Positions 35,106 through 46,365 of a DNA stretch of 64,000 nt are shown here, piece after piece; position 1 is the stretch's first letter; each line of letters begins with the position of its first letter. Under the pieces are notes generated by a model, which had not been told where the DNA came from, did not search any database, and worked only from the letters and a program-made list of their open reading frames with translations. This stretch comes from Deinococcota bacterium (GTDB lineage Bacteria; Deinococcota; Deinococci; Deinococcales; Thermaceae), in the NCBI GenBank assembly GCA_041695225.1, contig JBGFRI010000038.1, forward strand, positions 24,307-88,306, read 5' to 3'. Made by a program: the position numbers and the translations under genes.

Positions 35106-35987
35106 ATGCAAAGGCGAACTATCTACCCGGACAAACTGCTGCCATATCTGTTGCTGGCCCCGCAGATATTCATTACGCTGGTTTTTTTCATCTACCCGGC
35201 TGCCGAGGCCATCAGACAGTCGCTCTACCAGCAGGACCCCTTTGGCCTCAGAGCTAGCTTTGTCTGGCTGGACAACTTTGCGGCGGTGCTGCAAGACCCG
35301 CTTTACTGGGAGGCTGTCCGGGTAACGGTAGTTTTCTCGCTGGCGGTAACTTTTCTGGCCATGGCACCGGCTTTGTTGCTGGCAGTCATGGCCGACAAGG
35401 TTATACGCGGCGCCACGGGTTACCGCACACTTATTGTCTGGCCCTATGCCATTGCCCCCGCAGTGGCCGCAGTGCTCTGGCTGTTTATCTTTCACCCCGA
35501 TATTGGCTATATCGGACAGGGCCTGCTGGCTCTGGGCGTCCCCTGGGATTACCGGCTGAATGCCGCACAGGCTTTGCTGCTGGTCATCCTGGTCTCGGCC
35601 TGGAAGCAGATCAGCTACAACTTTTTGTTCTTTCTGGCAGCTTTGCAGTCCATTCCCAAATCAATAACCGAAGCTGCGGTAATTGATGGTGCGAATGGGC
35701 TGCGTGGCTTCTGGTTTGTCACCTTTCCCCTGCTCTCCCACATCACCTTTTTTCTGCTAGTGGTAAACCTGATCTTTTCCTTTTTCGATACCTTTGGGGT
35801 GATTCACGCCATAACCCAGGGTGGGCCGGGCGTGGCCACTACCACCCTGATGTACAGCATATACCGTTCGGGGGTAATCAACCTCGATCTGGGCGGCTCG
35901 TCGGCCCAGTCGGTAATTCTGATGGCTGGGGTGATCTTCCTGACCATGGTCCAGTTCCGGTACCTCGAGAAGCGGGTGCACTACTAG
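35106..35987 (+). CDS. ugpA: G3P ABC transporter permease
   Basis: [28 protein letters not shown] and an EAA motif. Confidence 0.92.
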   Translation: MQRRTIYPDKLLPYLLLAPQIFITLVFFIYPAAEAIRQSLYQQDPFGLRASFVWLDNFAAVLQDPLYWEAVRVTVVFSLAVTFLAMAPALLLAVMADKVIRGATGYRTLIVWPYAIAPAVAAVLWLFIFHPDIGYIGQGLLALGVPWDYRLNAAQALLLVILVSAWKQISYNFLFFLAALQSIPKSITEAAVIDGANGLRGFWFVTFPLLSHITFFLLVVNLIFSFFDTFGVIHAITQGGPGVATTTLMYSIYRSGVINLDLGGSSAQSVILMAGVIFLTMVQFRYLEKRVHY

Positions 35988-35997
35988 GTAGTGAAAT

Positions 35998-36840
35998 ATG
36001 CGTAGACCACGTAAATGGCTGGCACACCTCACCCTGATTCTGGGGGCGCTGATCTTCGCCTTTCCTATCTACCTGGCGGTAATCGGCTCGAGCCACGATG
36101 CCGGCACCATCGGGCGCGGACAGATGCCCCTGCTGCCCGGCGATCAGCTGCTCACCAACTACCAGCAGGCCCTGGAAACCGGCCAGGGTGAGCGCGTACG
36201 CGGCGTTCCCGCACTGGACATGATGCAGAACAGTCTGCTGATGGCGCTGGGCATCACCTTCGGGAAAATTGCCATCTCGCTGCTCTCGGCCTATGCGGTA
36301 GTATTTTTCCGCTTTCCTGGCAGAATGTTTTTTTTCTGGCTGATCTTTATCACCCTGATGCTGCCGGTGGAGGTCAGAATCATTCCGACCTATGCCGTGG
36401 TGGCCGATTTTGGTATGGTGAATACCTTTCAGGGCCTGATTATTCCCCTAATTGCCTCGGCTACTGCCACCCTGCTCTTCCGGCAGTTTTTTCTGACCAT
36501 TCCCGATGAATTAGTAGACGCGGCAAAAATGGACGGCGCAGGTCCCATGCGGTTTTTCTGGTCAATTTTGCTGCCGCTCTCGAGTACCAATATCGCCGCG
36601 CTATTCGTGATTATGTTTATTTACGGCTGGAACCAGTATCTGTGGCCCCTGCTAATCACCACCACCAACGAGATGCAGACCATTGTGGTCGGTATTGTGA
36701 AGATGATCGGCACCGGTGAGGCCCAGACCGACTGGAACCTGATCATGGCCACCGCAGTGCTGGCCCTGCTTCCGCCGGTGCTGGTGATTATCTTGATGCA
36801 GCGCTGGTTTGTAAAGGGCCTGGTTGACGCCGATAAGTAG
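35998..36840 (+). CDS. ugpE: G3P ABC transporter permease
   Basis: ITLMLPVEVRI, ASATATLLFRQFF, WNQYLWP and WFVKGL. Confidence 0.92.
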   Translation: MRRPRKWLAHLTLILGALIFAFPIYLAVIGSSHDAGTIGRGQMPLLPGDQLLTNYQQALETGQGERVRGVPALDMMQNSLLMALGITFGKIAISLLSAYAVVFFRFPGRMFFFWLIFITLMLPVEVRIIPTYAVVADFGMVNTFQGLIIPLIASATATLLFRQFFLTIPDELVDAAKMDGAGPMRFFWSILLPLSSTNIAALFVIMFIYGWNQYLWPLLITTTNEMQTIVVGIVKMIGTGEAQTDWNLIMATAVLALLPPVLVIILMQRWFVKGLVDADK

Positions 36841-36941
36841 TCTCAGAGGTTGCCCTGGGCAAACAGCCGATGCTGGCGCCTCATCCGGGCTCCCACCTTG
36901 CTGCGGTCTATGCTCGAGGCGGTGGCCATGGTTCCCCTCTC

Positions 36942-37415
36942 TTACAGTGACTTGCGAAAACACACCAAGCGCACGACTTCCTGGTAGCCCAGACGGGCTA
37001 GGTTACTCGCATAGCGAGTATGCGCTACGCGCACCCCCTGGTGGGCCCGCTGGCTCTGGGTGTTATGAAGTTCGGTGTCTGAAGCCATTTCGAGGCAGCC
37101 CCTGGCCCTGGCCCAGTCCTCGGCGGTCTCCACCAGCCTGCGTCCGACCCCGCTACGCCCGTACTGGGGGGCCACGTACCAACCTTCCAGATAGCCCACC
37201 GGACTGGAGTTGCAGCCCTCGGCATAGGGCCGCAGCGAAACCTCCACAAAGCCGATCAGGGCCTGCTCATGCTCGGCCACAAAGCTGGCCTGGTCTGCTG
37301 CGCCGATAATCCCGGCCACCTCGAGCTCAAATCTACCCGCACTGTCGGGCCAAAGCGCAGTGCGTAGGTGAAAATAGGCCGGAAGGTCTGTGACTTGCAG
37401 GCTCCGAATCTTCAT
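36942..37415 (-). CDS. GNAT acetyltransferase, AAC(6')-I-like, with a 14-aa insertion
   Basis: GFVEVSLR.Y..GC, YLEGWYV, ASDT...N..S..AH and LG..E...VCFRK. Confidence 0.8.
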   Translation of the reverse strand: MKIRSLQVTDLPAYFHLRTALWPDSAGRFELEVAGIIGAADQASFVAEHEQALIGFVEVSLRPYAEGCNSSPVGYLEGWYVAPQYGRSGVGRRLVETAEDWARARGCLEMASDTELHNTQSQRAHQGVRVAHTRYASNLARLGYQEVVRLVCFRKSL

Positions 37416-37966
37416 GGCCAGTGCAAACCCTCCTGTTCCCAACCAAACGCTATCGCCCGGTTACTCGACTCGCTGCGAACGCACAGGATGTCTCGTATCT
37501 AAGACAGCTAGTTCCTATTGGCTATCGGCGCCATCTGCAAGAAATCTGCTGGCTCAAACCCCGCCCAGCATGGTCTGGTGCATCGACGCGAATAAAGAGA
37601 GCTTCCACACTCGCCAGGCTGTAGACCAAAGCCTCGAGGCCAGGGCTAAGAATAGTTCCGGCGGTGATGAGGCTAGAGGGCATGAGATTATTCTATGCTT
37701 CAGAATGCAGCCGCCATAACTTTTCAGCAAAGCTATCTCAAAGGATCAACAGCGAGCATTAAGGCGGATACGCCTGTGCCCTTGGTTTTGCAGAAGGGCT
37801 GTTGTTTTTTGCGTACACCGCATAGCCTTCCAGGGCCTAGGCACGTATTTTTTGGGCGCAAACGATGGTACAGCTACTCTACAAGGTCGCTGTCATGCCG
37901 AACCCTTTGTGCCTCAGGGTAGCGCAGTGCTTGTGCGACGATTGTCGAGTAGACTCGAGGTGTGAA

Positions 37967-38374
37967 ATGACGGACTTGATGCAGTTGGGGCAGTCGGTTC
38001 TCGGTCGCCAGCCATTCAGCCTGCTGCTGGGGGCAGAGCTGCTCGAGTTCGAGGCAGGCCGGGCGGTGCTGGCGATTACGGTGCGCGATGAGCTACTTCA
38101 GCAGCACGGGTTTGTACATGGCGGGGTGGTGAGTTACCTGATTGACAATGCCATCACCTTTGCGGGCGGCTCGGTGCTGGGCGAGAACGTGGTGACAGCC
38201 GAGTTTAAGGTCAACTATCTGCGACCGGCTTTGGGCCAGCGGCTGGTTGCCACCGCGGTGGTGGAAAGCACGGGGCGCCGGCTGGCGGTCTGCCGATGTG
38301 AGGTGGTCTCGTTTGGTAGTGATGGCGGGGTGCGCTGTGCGGTTGGGCTGGGAACCATCGCGGCCCTCGGCTAG
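37967..38374 (+). CDS. PaaI family thioesterase
   Basis: QQHGFVHGG...LID and TAEFKVNYLRPA. Confidence 0.88.
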   Translation: MTDLMQLGQSVLGRQPFSLLLGAELLEFEAGRAVLAITVRDELLQQHGFVHGGVVSYLIDNAITFAGGSVLGENVVTAEFKVNYLRPALGQRLVATAVVESTGRRLAVCRCEVVSFGSDGGVRCAVGLGTIAALG

Positions 38375-39039
38375 CTCTGGCGGGATCGAGCCCACGCGGG
38401 GTTGCGCCAGACCACAAACACCCCGTAGTTGCCGCAACTGGGGTCGTCGAGATAATCGGGGATGATGCCCCAGACGTGGTATCCGCGCCTGAGCTGGATC
38501 GAGAGCACCGGGTCGAACATCTCGCCTCGCACTACCCGGCTCACATACTGCTCAATGGGCATACTGCGCTGGTGAGCGGCATAGCCCTTGGGCATCGCTC
38601 CCGCCACGTGGCCCCTCAGGCCCAGTGCGCCAACCAGGCTTTGGCGCACGGCGTATAACAAGGTGGATAACCCCGCACCACGAAAATCGGGGTGGACCCC
38701 GATATCGGCCCCGTAAAGCCAGTCGCCAGCGGGGTCGTGGCCGGTGAGCCAGTTGCCCCCGACCATCTCGATATACCTGTGCTGGTAGTGATTCAGGTCT
38801 ATGAAGGTCTGGAAATCGGTAGAGCTGGCGACTACCTGGCGGGTTTCCCGCTCTATAACGGCATGCTGGCCCTGCGGGAAGACCTTCATGTGAGCCAGGT
38901 ACTGGTCGGCGGTTATCAGCTCCTCCTTAGCCAGGGAGGGGAAGGAGGCTTTTTGAATGGCCTCGAGCTGGGGGGCCATCCACGGCTCGGACTGCACCAC
39001 TGCAAAGCGGCTATCAGGGCTGAGGAGTATCTCGCTCAT
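38371..39039 (-). CDS. GNAT family acetyltransferase
   Basis: FPQGQ, HDP.GDWLYG, VHPDFRGAG and DPVLS.QL. Confidence 0.8.
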   Translation of the reverse strand: MSEILLSPDSRFAVVQSEPWMAPQLEAIQKASFPSLAKEELITADQYLAHMKVFPQGQHAVIERETRQVVASSTDFQTFIDLNHYQHRYIEMVGGNWLTGHDPAGDWLYGADIGVHPDFRGAGLSTLLYAVRQSLVGALGLRGHVAGAMPKGYAAHQRSMPIEQYVSRVVRGEMFDPVLSIQLRRGYHVWGIIPDYLDDPSCGNYGVFVVWRNPAWARSRQS

Positions 39040-39150
39040 AGAACCATACTCAGTGCTCCTATCGTCGCAGGTCGAAGGTCTAAGGTCTGTGACGCTCTTG
39101 AGTTCTGGCCTTCGACCTTTGTCTTTAGACCTTCGACTTATGGTTGCAGG

Positions 39151-40113
39151 CTACACGATAACAGTCTGGAGCGCCGAAAGGCTAATATTGGCCCCGCAGA
39201 TGACAACTACCACTTTCTGGCCCTGGTACTGAGGCAAACTCTTCAGAAATGCCGCCAGGGCCACCCCGGCCGCGCCCTCGAGCAGCTGGTGCTGGGACTC
39301 AATGAATAGCCGCATGGCTGCCTTGATCTCCGTTTCGCTCACGGTAATCCAGTCGTCCACCAGGCGCTTACACAGCTCAAAGGTGATGGCGCCGGGTTCC
39401 AGACCACCCGCGCTGCCGTCCGAAAGGGTGGGCCTGGCCTGGATTTTGACAATCTCCCCGGCCTGAACCGAAGCCAGCATGGCCGCGTCGTTTTCCGGCT
39501 GGCAGCCGATGATTCTGGTCGTCGGGTGAACCGATTTGAGGTAAGACGCGATCCCCGAGATCAGCCCGCCACCGCCCACGGTGACGAAAACGGCGTCTGG
39601 GGTTTCGGGCATTTGATGGGCGATCTCCACCCCCACGGTTCCTTGCCCAGCAATTACCTCTGGGTCGTTGTAGGGCGAGAGGTACGCCATGCTGTGCTGA
39701 TCGGCATAGCGCCGTGCATAAACCTCGGTGTCATCACCGGTAACACCATACTGCCGCACCTCGAGCCCGTAACGGTGGATGGCCTCGAGCTTGGTCTGGC
39801 TGGCCCCCTCCGGCACAAACACTACCCCCTTTGCGCCCAGCCTGGCCAGCCCAAAGGCCACCCCTGCTCCGTGGTTGCCGCTGCTAGCCGCCACCGCCCC
39901 TTTTTGCAGTTGCTCGGGCGATAGCGAGAGCAGCTTGTTGATGGCCCCGCGCACCTTGAACGAGCCGGTCTGCTGGAGGTTCTCCAGCTTCAGCCAGACC
40001 CTGGCCCCGGTCATCTGGGAAAGAGCCAGCGAGTAGTCCAGCGGGGTCTCGCGCACGTGCGGGCGCAGGCGGGCCTGGGCTTGTCTAACAGCTTCGGGCA
40101 GATTCATGAACAT
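39151..40113 (-). CDS. PLP-dependent threonine/serine dehydratase
   Basis: KLENLQQTGSFKVRGA, SSGNHG, AGQGT, VGGGGL and CGAN. Confidence 0.9.
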   Translation of the reverse strand: MFMNLPEAVRQAQARLRPHVRETPLDYSLALSQMTGARVWLKLENLQQTGSFKVRGAINKLLSLSPEQLQKGAVAASSGNHGAGVAFGLARLGAKGVVFVPEGASQTKLEAIHRYGLEVRQYGVTGDDTEVYARRYADQHSMAYLSPYNDPEVIAGQGTVGVEIAHQMPETPDAVFVTVGGGGLISGIASYLKSVHPTTRIIGCQPENDAAMLASVQAGEIVKIQARPTLSDGSAGGLEPGAITFELCKRLVDDWITVSETEIKAAMRLFIESQHQLLEGAAGVALAAFLKSLPQYQGQKVVVVICGANISLSALQTVIV

Positions 40114-40297
40114 GGGCCTAGAGGACTATTTTGAACTCCATTACGCTGCGCCAGGGTAGGTTTGACAGAAGGCCGGAGATGCGACCCCGGACACAGCCCG
40201 CTGCTGACGAAGTCGCCAAGGAGCCTTCAGGGGTTGTCCAGCGAGGTTTGCAGACTTGCAAGCCGGTTTTTCGCAGCCATTCGTTGGCATTTTGTCA

Positions 40298-41110
<813 letters not shown>

Positions 41111-41246
41111 GAAGATGCAAGTGGGGTTGGGAGGATCATTAGTGCCCCACGCTACTGCTCGGTTCCGTTGACGCATGCGCCGTGCGCGCTAACAGCCCAT
41201 TCGGCCAGAGCAGCCTTGGCCTGTGAGGTCTGAGATTCCTATTTGC

Positions 41247-41552
41247 TCAACGCTCCCTATAGCCAAAGTAGAAGCCCAGGGCAGTACCTACCAGGCCCAC
41301 CAGAGCGGTGAAGAGCTTGTCGAAAAAGGCCGACAGATCCTGAAAGCTGGCCCCGGCGATGGTAGCGGCGACCAGGTATCCCAGAACAGCCACAAAGAAG
41401 CCCAGCAGCAAGCCCCCGGCAATCCGGGCGCGGGCTATTTCACGATCGCGCGCCGGGTCATAGGGGGTCTGATGTTCTTGTGGCCGAAGGTCCTGCTGGG
41501 TGGGCTGTTCGGAGCTAAGGTTGAGGCCATCGGTACCTGGGTCATCTTTCAT
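41247..41552 (-). CDS. Small two-TM membrane protein
   Basis: Two hydrophobic segments ending in LVGTALGFYFG; ATGA overlap with the upstream gene. Confidence 0.7.
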   Translation of the reverse strand: MKDDPGTDGLNLSSEQPTQQDLRPQEHQTPYDPARDREIARARIAGGLLLGFFVAVLGYLVAATIAGASFQDLSAFFDKLFTALVGLVGTALGFYFGYRER

Positions 41553-41770
41553 CTAAAGAGGACCTCGCGCAAGCTCCCGTCGCTTTTTTCGATCAAAAGC
41601 TTTTCCCCCCGTTGCTGACGCTCCTGGATGAAGGCCTCGGTCTGCAAAGCCAGCCGCAGAGTATCGGTCATGGTCAGCCCCTTAGCCTCGGCCAGGTGTT
41701 TGAGGGTCTGAATATCTTCTTCGGTGAGGTTGACGGTCAGGCGGCGGATGGAATTTTCTTTGTTCTGCAT
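41549..41770 (-). CDS. Ribbon-helix-helix (CopG-like) DNA-binding protein
   Basis: GGAGG RBS; RLTVNL.......L..LA...G.T.T..LR.AL. Confidence 0.75.
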   Translation of the reverse strand: MQNKENSIRRLTVNLTEEDIQTLKHLAEAKGLTMTDTLRLALQTEAFIQERQQRGEKLLIEKSDGSLREVLFR

Positions 41771-42099
41771 AGCTACCTCCTGCCTGCATGATACCACTGT
41801 GACCATACCGCGTCCATATTGTGTATGCATCGTATAGGCTCGAGCTATGTAATCAGCAGCTTACGCAGGGATCACATGAGCGAATTGAAGGGTCTGATTC
41901 GCTGTACTGCACCGAACTCAGCTGACCTGGGTGCACCCCATGTCACCGCCCAACGGCCACAGAATAGCCCGTGAGAGGAAAAGTCGGTAGTACACTCTCA
42001 ACTGCTAGTTTTTGGTCAGGTAGGAGTGGAGTGTCAGTCGTTATATAACTGCGAGGCTACGAAGGGCCCGAAGCAGTGCAGAAAGCCAAGGGAACTTCC

Positions 42100-42255
42100 T
42101 GGATTAATTACCCCCGTAAAAATGTCGCAGGTCTCAGGTCACAGGTCTTCATTGGCTTGCGACTTGCGACTCGCGACCTGAGACGCCTTGTATTAATCAC
42201 CCCCATCCCTTCGACTCCCCCTTCGACGGGCTCAGGGCAAGGCTCAGCCACTTCG
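42100..42255. repeat. Composite dispersed repeat (inverted copy at ~52460-52655, partial copy at ~16148-16198)
   Basis: cccccgtaaaaatgtcgcaggtctcagg...gcgacctgagac and attaatcacccccatcccttcgact are shared between copies. Confidence 0.85.
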
Positions 42256-42534
42256 CCACCCAGGCAATTGCTTTGTCGGCCTGTGGCCTCCTCGCAAACC
42301 CCTTCATATGCCACTACCGCAATTTTGCCGGCGCTCGAGAGTCGCAATCCGCTTTAGTGATAAGAGCCGGTAGCACCCCGAGAGCGAGTTTACTAACTCC
42401 TCTGCTTTTAGTGAGAGGGGCGGTACAGGCTAACGTGTCGCTGGTCGGAGAAGCATGGTTGTTTGCATACTATCTATCCGAAACCGGCATCAGGTAAACT
42501 AAATGCTTGCGGGCGGGGTGGCCCGGAGGTATTT

Positions 42535-43689
42535 GTGAGCAAGGGTCGGGTGTTGGCGGCTATGAGCGGTGGAGTGGACTCCTCCGTTGCGGCGGCTTTG
42601 CTCAAAGAACAGGGGTACGAAGTAATCGGGGCCATGATGCGCTTCTGGCCCGATAACAAGCAGGACGACTGCTTTGAGACCTGCTGCTCACCCGATGCGG
42701 CCTACGAGGCCCGGCGGGTGGCCGACACCATTGGGGTACCGTTTTATTTACTAGACTACCGTGACGAGTTCCAGGAAAAAATTGTTGAGCCCTTTATTGA
42801 AAGTTACCGGGCGGGCGAGACCCCCAACCCCTGCGTCAGCTGCAATACCCGCGTCAAGTTCGATTCCCTATTGCAAAAAGCCAGGATGCTGGGCTGCAAC
42901 TACGTGGCCACCGGTCATTACGTAATTCAGCAACAAGGCGCTCTGTACCGGGGCGACCCCAAGAAAGACCAGACCTATTTCTTGTGGGGCACCCCTAGGG
43001 AGGCCATTCCCCACCTGCTTTTTCCGGTGGGGCATCTGGAAAAACCCCAGGTACGGGTACTAGCCGAGCAATACGGCCTGCCTACTGCCCAAAAGCCCGA
43101 GAGCCAGAATATCTGCTTTGTGCAGGGCGACCTGAAGGATTATTTGGCCCGTCACTTTACCGCTCGTCCAGGACCACTGATTGACCTGGAAACCGGGGCG
43201 CAGATTGGTGAACATGCCGGGGCGCAGTTCTACACAGTGGGCCAGAGAAAAGGCCTGGGGCTGTGGAAAAGCCACCTGGAGCGCTACGTTGTTCGGGTCA
43301 ATGCCGCTAACAACGAAGTAACTGTGGGGCCCAAAGAAGCCTGTTTGTGGGGAGGCCTGGAAACCCGCGAGACCAATCTGCTGGTAGAAGCGCAGGATTT
43401 GCCGGAGCACATGGAAGTTCAGGTACGTTACCGTACCAAGCCGGTACCTGCCAGGGTGGAGGAGCTGAGCCCGGGTCGGGTGGTGATCAAACTGCATGAA
43501 CCACAGTTTGCCGTGACCCCGGGTCAGTCGGCGGTCTTCTACCAGGGTGACCGACTGCTGGGCGGGGGCTTTATTGCCCGGCCGCGATATAACCACTGGG
43601 AGGCCCTGGCCCGCAGCGCACAATCTATAGAGTCGAAGGTAGAAGGCCAAAACGCGGGACCGTCACAGACCTTCGACCTTAGACCTTAG
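42535..43689 (+). CDS. mnmA: tRNA-specific 2-thiouridylase
   Basis: AMSGGVDSS, TPNPCV.CN, ATGHY, KDQTYFL, ESQNICF, YTVGQRKGL and AVTPGQ. Confidence 0.97.
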   Translation: MSKGRVLAAMSGGVDSSVAAALLKEQGYEVIGAMMRFWPDNKQDDCFETCCSPDAAYEARRVADTIGVPFYLLDYRDEFQEKIVEPFIESYRAGETPNPCVSCNTRVKFDSLLQKARMLGCNYVATGHYVIQQQGALYRGDPKKDQTYFLWGTPREAIPHLLFPVGHLEKPQVRVLAEQYGLPTAQKPESQNICFVQGDLKDYLARHFTARPGPLIDLETGAQIGEHAGAQFYTVGQRKGLGLWKSHLERYVVRVNAANNEVTVGPKEACLWGGLETRETNLLVEAQDLPEHMEVQVRYRTKPVPARVEELSPGRVVIKLHEPQFAVTPGQSAVFYQGDRLLGGGFIARPRYNHWEALARSAQSIESKVEGQNAGPSQTFDLRP

Positions 43690-43765
43690 ACCTTAGACCG
43701 TCGCAGACCCTCATCGGCCATGCTTGGGCGCTTTTTGAAATGCCTGGTTATCGGCGGGCCCTGCG

Positions 43766-44029
43766 CTACACTTTTCGGATCCTCATGCTCTGTACCTGGC
43801 CGGTCTCGGCATTGATGCGGAAAGTTTTGTACTCGCGGGTGCGGGCTGCATCGCCCAGGCTCAGGTAGGCCGTGGGTTCGTGTACTACAAAGGAGAGTGT
43901 GACTTCCCAGTACTGGCCGTCGGCAGTTAGCTCGACTTCCTCGAGCCTTAGCTCGGGAATCTGACGCTCGGGAAACAGGGTATGGATATAGTCGGTTGCT
44001 ATTTTGACCACTTCTTTGACTTCGAGCAT
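43766..44029 (-). CDS. Small hypothetical protein
   Basis: LEEVE....W.VTLSF and R.YK.F.I....G.V.SM.IR pattern; AGAGG RBS. Confidence 0.7.
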   Translation of the reverse strand: MLEVKEVVKIATDYIHTLFPERQIPELRLEEVELTADGQYWEVTLSFVVHEPTAYLSLGDAARTREYKTFRINAETGQVQSMRIRKV

Positions 44030-44182
44030 GGCTATCTACCTCTGGCTACTAGTTTACGTGGTTCAGACAAGTTTTGCCGACTGGTGTGGTTGAGCCAGTA
44101 CACCAGACCGCACGGCATAGCAGGTTTGGCGCACTCAAACCAGCGTGCTGCTCCTAGCAAAATCTGCGGTAAGCTGTGGCTT

Positions 44183-45112
44183 GTGCCAAGAAAGATCATC
44201 CTGGACTGCGACCCCGGACACGATGACACCATCGCCATGATGCTGGCCCTGGCCAGTGAAGAGCTCGAGGTCCTGGGCATCACCACCGTCTATGGCAATG
44301 TGGGCCTGGAGCAAACCACCCGCAACGCCCTGGTGGTGCGGGAAGTACTGGGTTCTACCGTGCCCATTTATGCCGGTACAGACCGACCCCTGGTGCGCGA
44401 CCGCATCAGCGCCGAGGCCGTACACGGTATCTCGGGGCTGGAAGGCCCTGATCTGCCTACCCCCGGTGGTCAGCTCGAGCCAGGGCATGCCGTACACTTC
44501 ATTATCGAGCAGGTGCTCAGATACCCTGGTGAGGTCACACTGGTGCCGGTGGGAGCGCTCACCAACATTGCGCTGTCCATGCGCTTAGAACCTCGCATCA
44601 TTCCCCAGATTAAACAAATCGTGCTGATGGGTGGTTCAATTGACATCGGCAACTGGTCGCCCAGCGCCGAGTTTAACATTTTGTGCGACCCCCACGCCGC
44701 CAGGATCGTGTTTACCTCCGGCGTACCGTTGGTGATGATGGGCCTCAACCTGACCCATCAGACCGTGGCCCATCCCGCCAGGGTCCAGCGCTTCCGTGGC
44801 CTAAGTACCAGGGTAGGCATGTTTGTCGCAGAACTGCTCGAGTTCTACCGCGAACACCACATCCGACGCTACAACTGGGATGGCGCGCCCATCCACGATG
44901 CCTGCGCTATCGCTTTTTTGCTGCGCCCCACCCTGTTCAAAACCGCTATGTTCAATGTCGAGATCGAAGCCAACGAGGGACTGGCCTTTGGCCGTACAGT
45001 CTGCGACTTCTGGGGCGTGACCGGCAAGCAGGCCAACTGCGAGGTAGGGCTACAGATTGACGCAGAAGGTTTCTACGATCTGCTGATTGAGCAGATCGGG
45101 CGATACCGCTAA
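44183..45112 (+). CDS. Nucleoside hydrolase (IU-NH family)
   Basis: DCDPGHDD, VHG.SG, LTNIA, AEFN...DP.AA and IHD. Confidence 0.93.
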   Translation: MPRKIILDCDPGHDDTIAMMLALASEELEVLGITTVYGNVGLEQTTRNALVVREVLGSTVPIYAGTDRPLVRDRISAEAVHGISGLEGPDLPTPGGQLEPGHAVHFIIEQVLRYPGEVTLVPVGALTNIALSMRLEPRIIPQIKQIVLMGGSIDIGNWSPSAEFNILCDPHAARIVFTSGVPLVMMGLNLTHQTVAHPARVQRFRGLSTRVGMFVAELLEFYREHHIRRYNWDGAPIHDACAIAFLLRPTLFKTAMFNVEIEANEGLAFGRTVCDFWGVTGKQANCEVGLQIDAEGFYDLLIEQIGRYR

Positions 45113-45290
45113 AGTATCCTGGTTACGATAACTTCAATTAAGCGGCACGAGCAGTCCACTACAGACGTCAATAGCCGATAGTCTAAAGTCTATAGTCCAT
45201 AACTATACACGAGTTGCTTTGTACTGGCGCTGGAATGCAGGGACTTTCGGCCTTTCGTCTCCGACTTTTCGTCCAGGTAAGCTATTGAGC

Positions 45291-46229
45291 ATGGGAATTG
45301 TGGTAGTTGGTAGCCTCAATATGGATCTGGTGGTAAAGGTCAAGCGCCACCCGGTACCGGGTGAGACCCTTTTGGGCTCGGATTACGAGACCCACCACGG
45401 CGGTAAGGGGGCCAATCAGGCCGTAGCAGCGGCGCGGATGCTGAAGCGAACGGCTAAAGGAGGCGTCACCGCAGCCCATGCCGCCGGGGTGCGGATGATT
45501 GGGCGGGTGGGGCAGGATGAGTATGGTAACCAACTGCGAAATGCGCTCAAGCGCGAGAATATCAATGTCCACGCCACCATCCCAATTGCGGCGCCCACGG
45601 GAGTGGCTTTCATTGCCGTGAGCGAGGAAGGACAGAACACCATTATCGTCTCGCCAGGGGCCAACCACCGCCTTCGACCCGAAAACCTTTCCCCAGCGGA
45701 ATTTGAGGGCGCCCAGGTGGTGGTATTGCAGCTCGAGATACCCCTTGATACCGTGCGCCGCGCTGCCGAGCTGGGCCGCGAGGCCGGGGCCAGGGTAGTC
45801 CTGAACGCTGCGCCGGTGCAGAAACTGCCCGATAAACTGCTCGAGTGCACCGACATCCTGGTGGTCAACGAAAGTGAAGCCTTTGGCCTGACCGGGGTAC
45901 TGCCGGACTCACCCGAGATGGCCCTCGAGGTGGCCAGGGAGCTGTCCGCAAAAACCCCGGTAGTGGTGGTAACCCTGGGCGAGCAGGGTGCAGTCTGGGT
46001 GGGGCCGGAGGGTTCGGGCTCTCAGGCCGCCCTCGAGGTCAAGGCTATTGACGCCACTGGCGCTGGCGATGCCTTTGTTGGCGCACTGGCTGTCGCCATT
46101 TGTGAAGGAAGAACACTGCCCCAGGCCGTACTCCACGGGTGTGTGGCCGGGGCTCTGGCAGCTACCAAGGTCGGGGCACAGGCCTCGCTGCCCTGTCGTG
46201 AAGAGGTGAACGCCAGGCTTGAGTCCTGA
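45291..46229 (+). CDS. rbsK: Ribokinase
   Basis: GSLNMDLV, GGKGANQAVAAAR, QLEIP, NESE and DATGAGDAF. Confidence 0.93.
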   Translation: MGIVVVGSLNMDLVVKVKRHPVPGETLLGSDYETHHGGKGANQAVAAARMLKRTAKGGVTAAHAAGVRMIGRVGQDEYGNQLRNALKRENINVHATIPIAAPTGVAFIAVSEEGQNTIIVSPGANHRLRPENLSPAEFEGAQVVVLQLEIPLDTVRRAAELGREAGARVVLNAAPVQKLPDKLLECTDILVVNESEAFGLTGVLPDSPEMALEVARELSAKTPVVVVTLGEQGAVWVGPEGSGSQAALEVKAIDATGAGDAFVGALAVAICEGRTLPQAVLHGCVAGALAATKVGAQASLPCREEVNARLES

Positions 46230-46365
46230 ACCAGGCTCAAAAACTGCGTTGTCTCAGGTCGAAAGTCGCAGGCCGAAAGTCGTTAGACCTTTGACCTTTG
46301 ACCTTAGACCTTAGACATTTGGCTTGAACCCTCTGCTCGGTGCACTTTTGATAGGCTGTTAAGCA

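Noticed and set aside
36942..37415. Acquired aminoglycoside resistance gene
   Set aside because: Family resemblance only, with no attC or mobile context; the substrate cannot be inferred.
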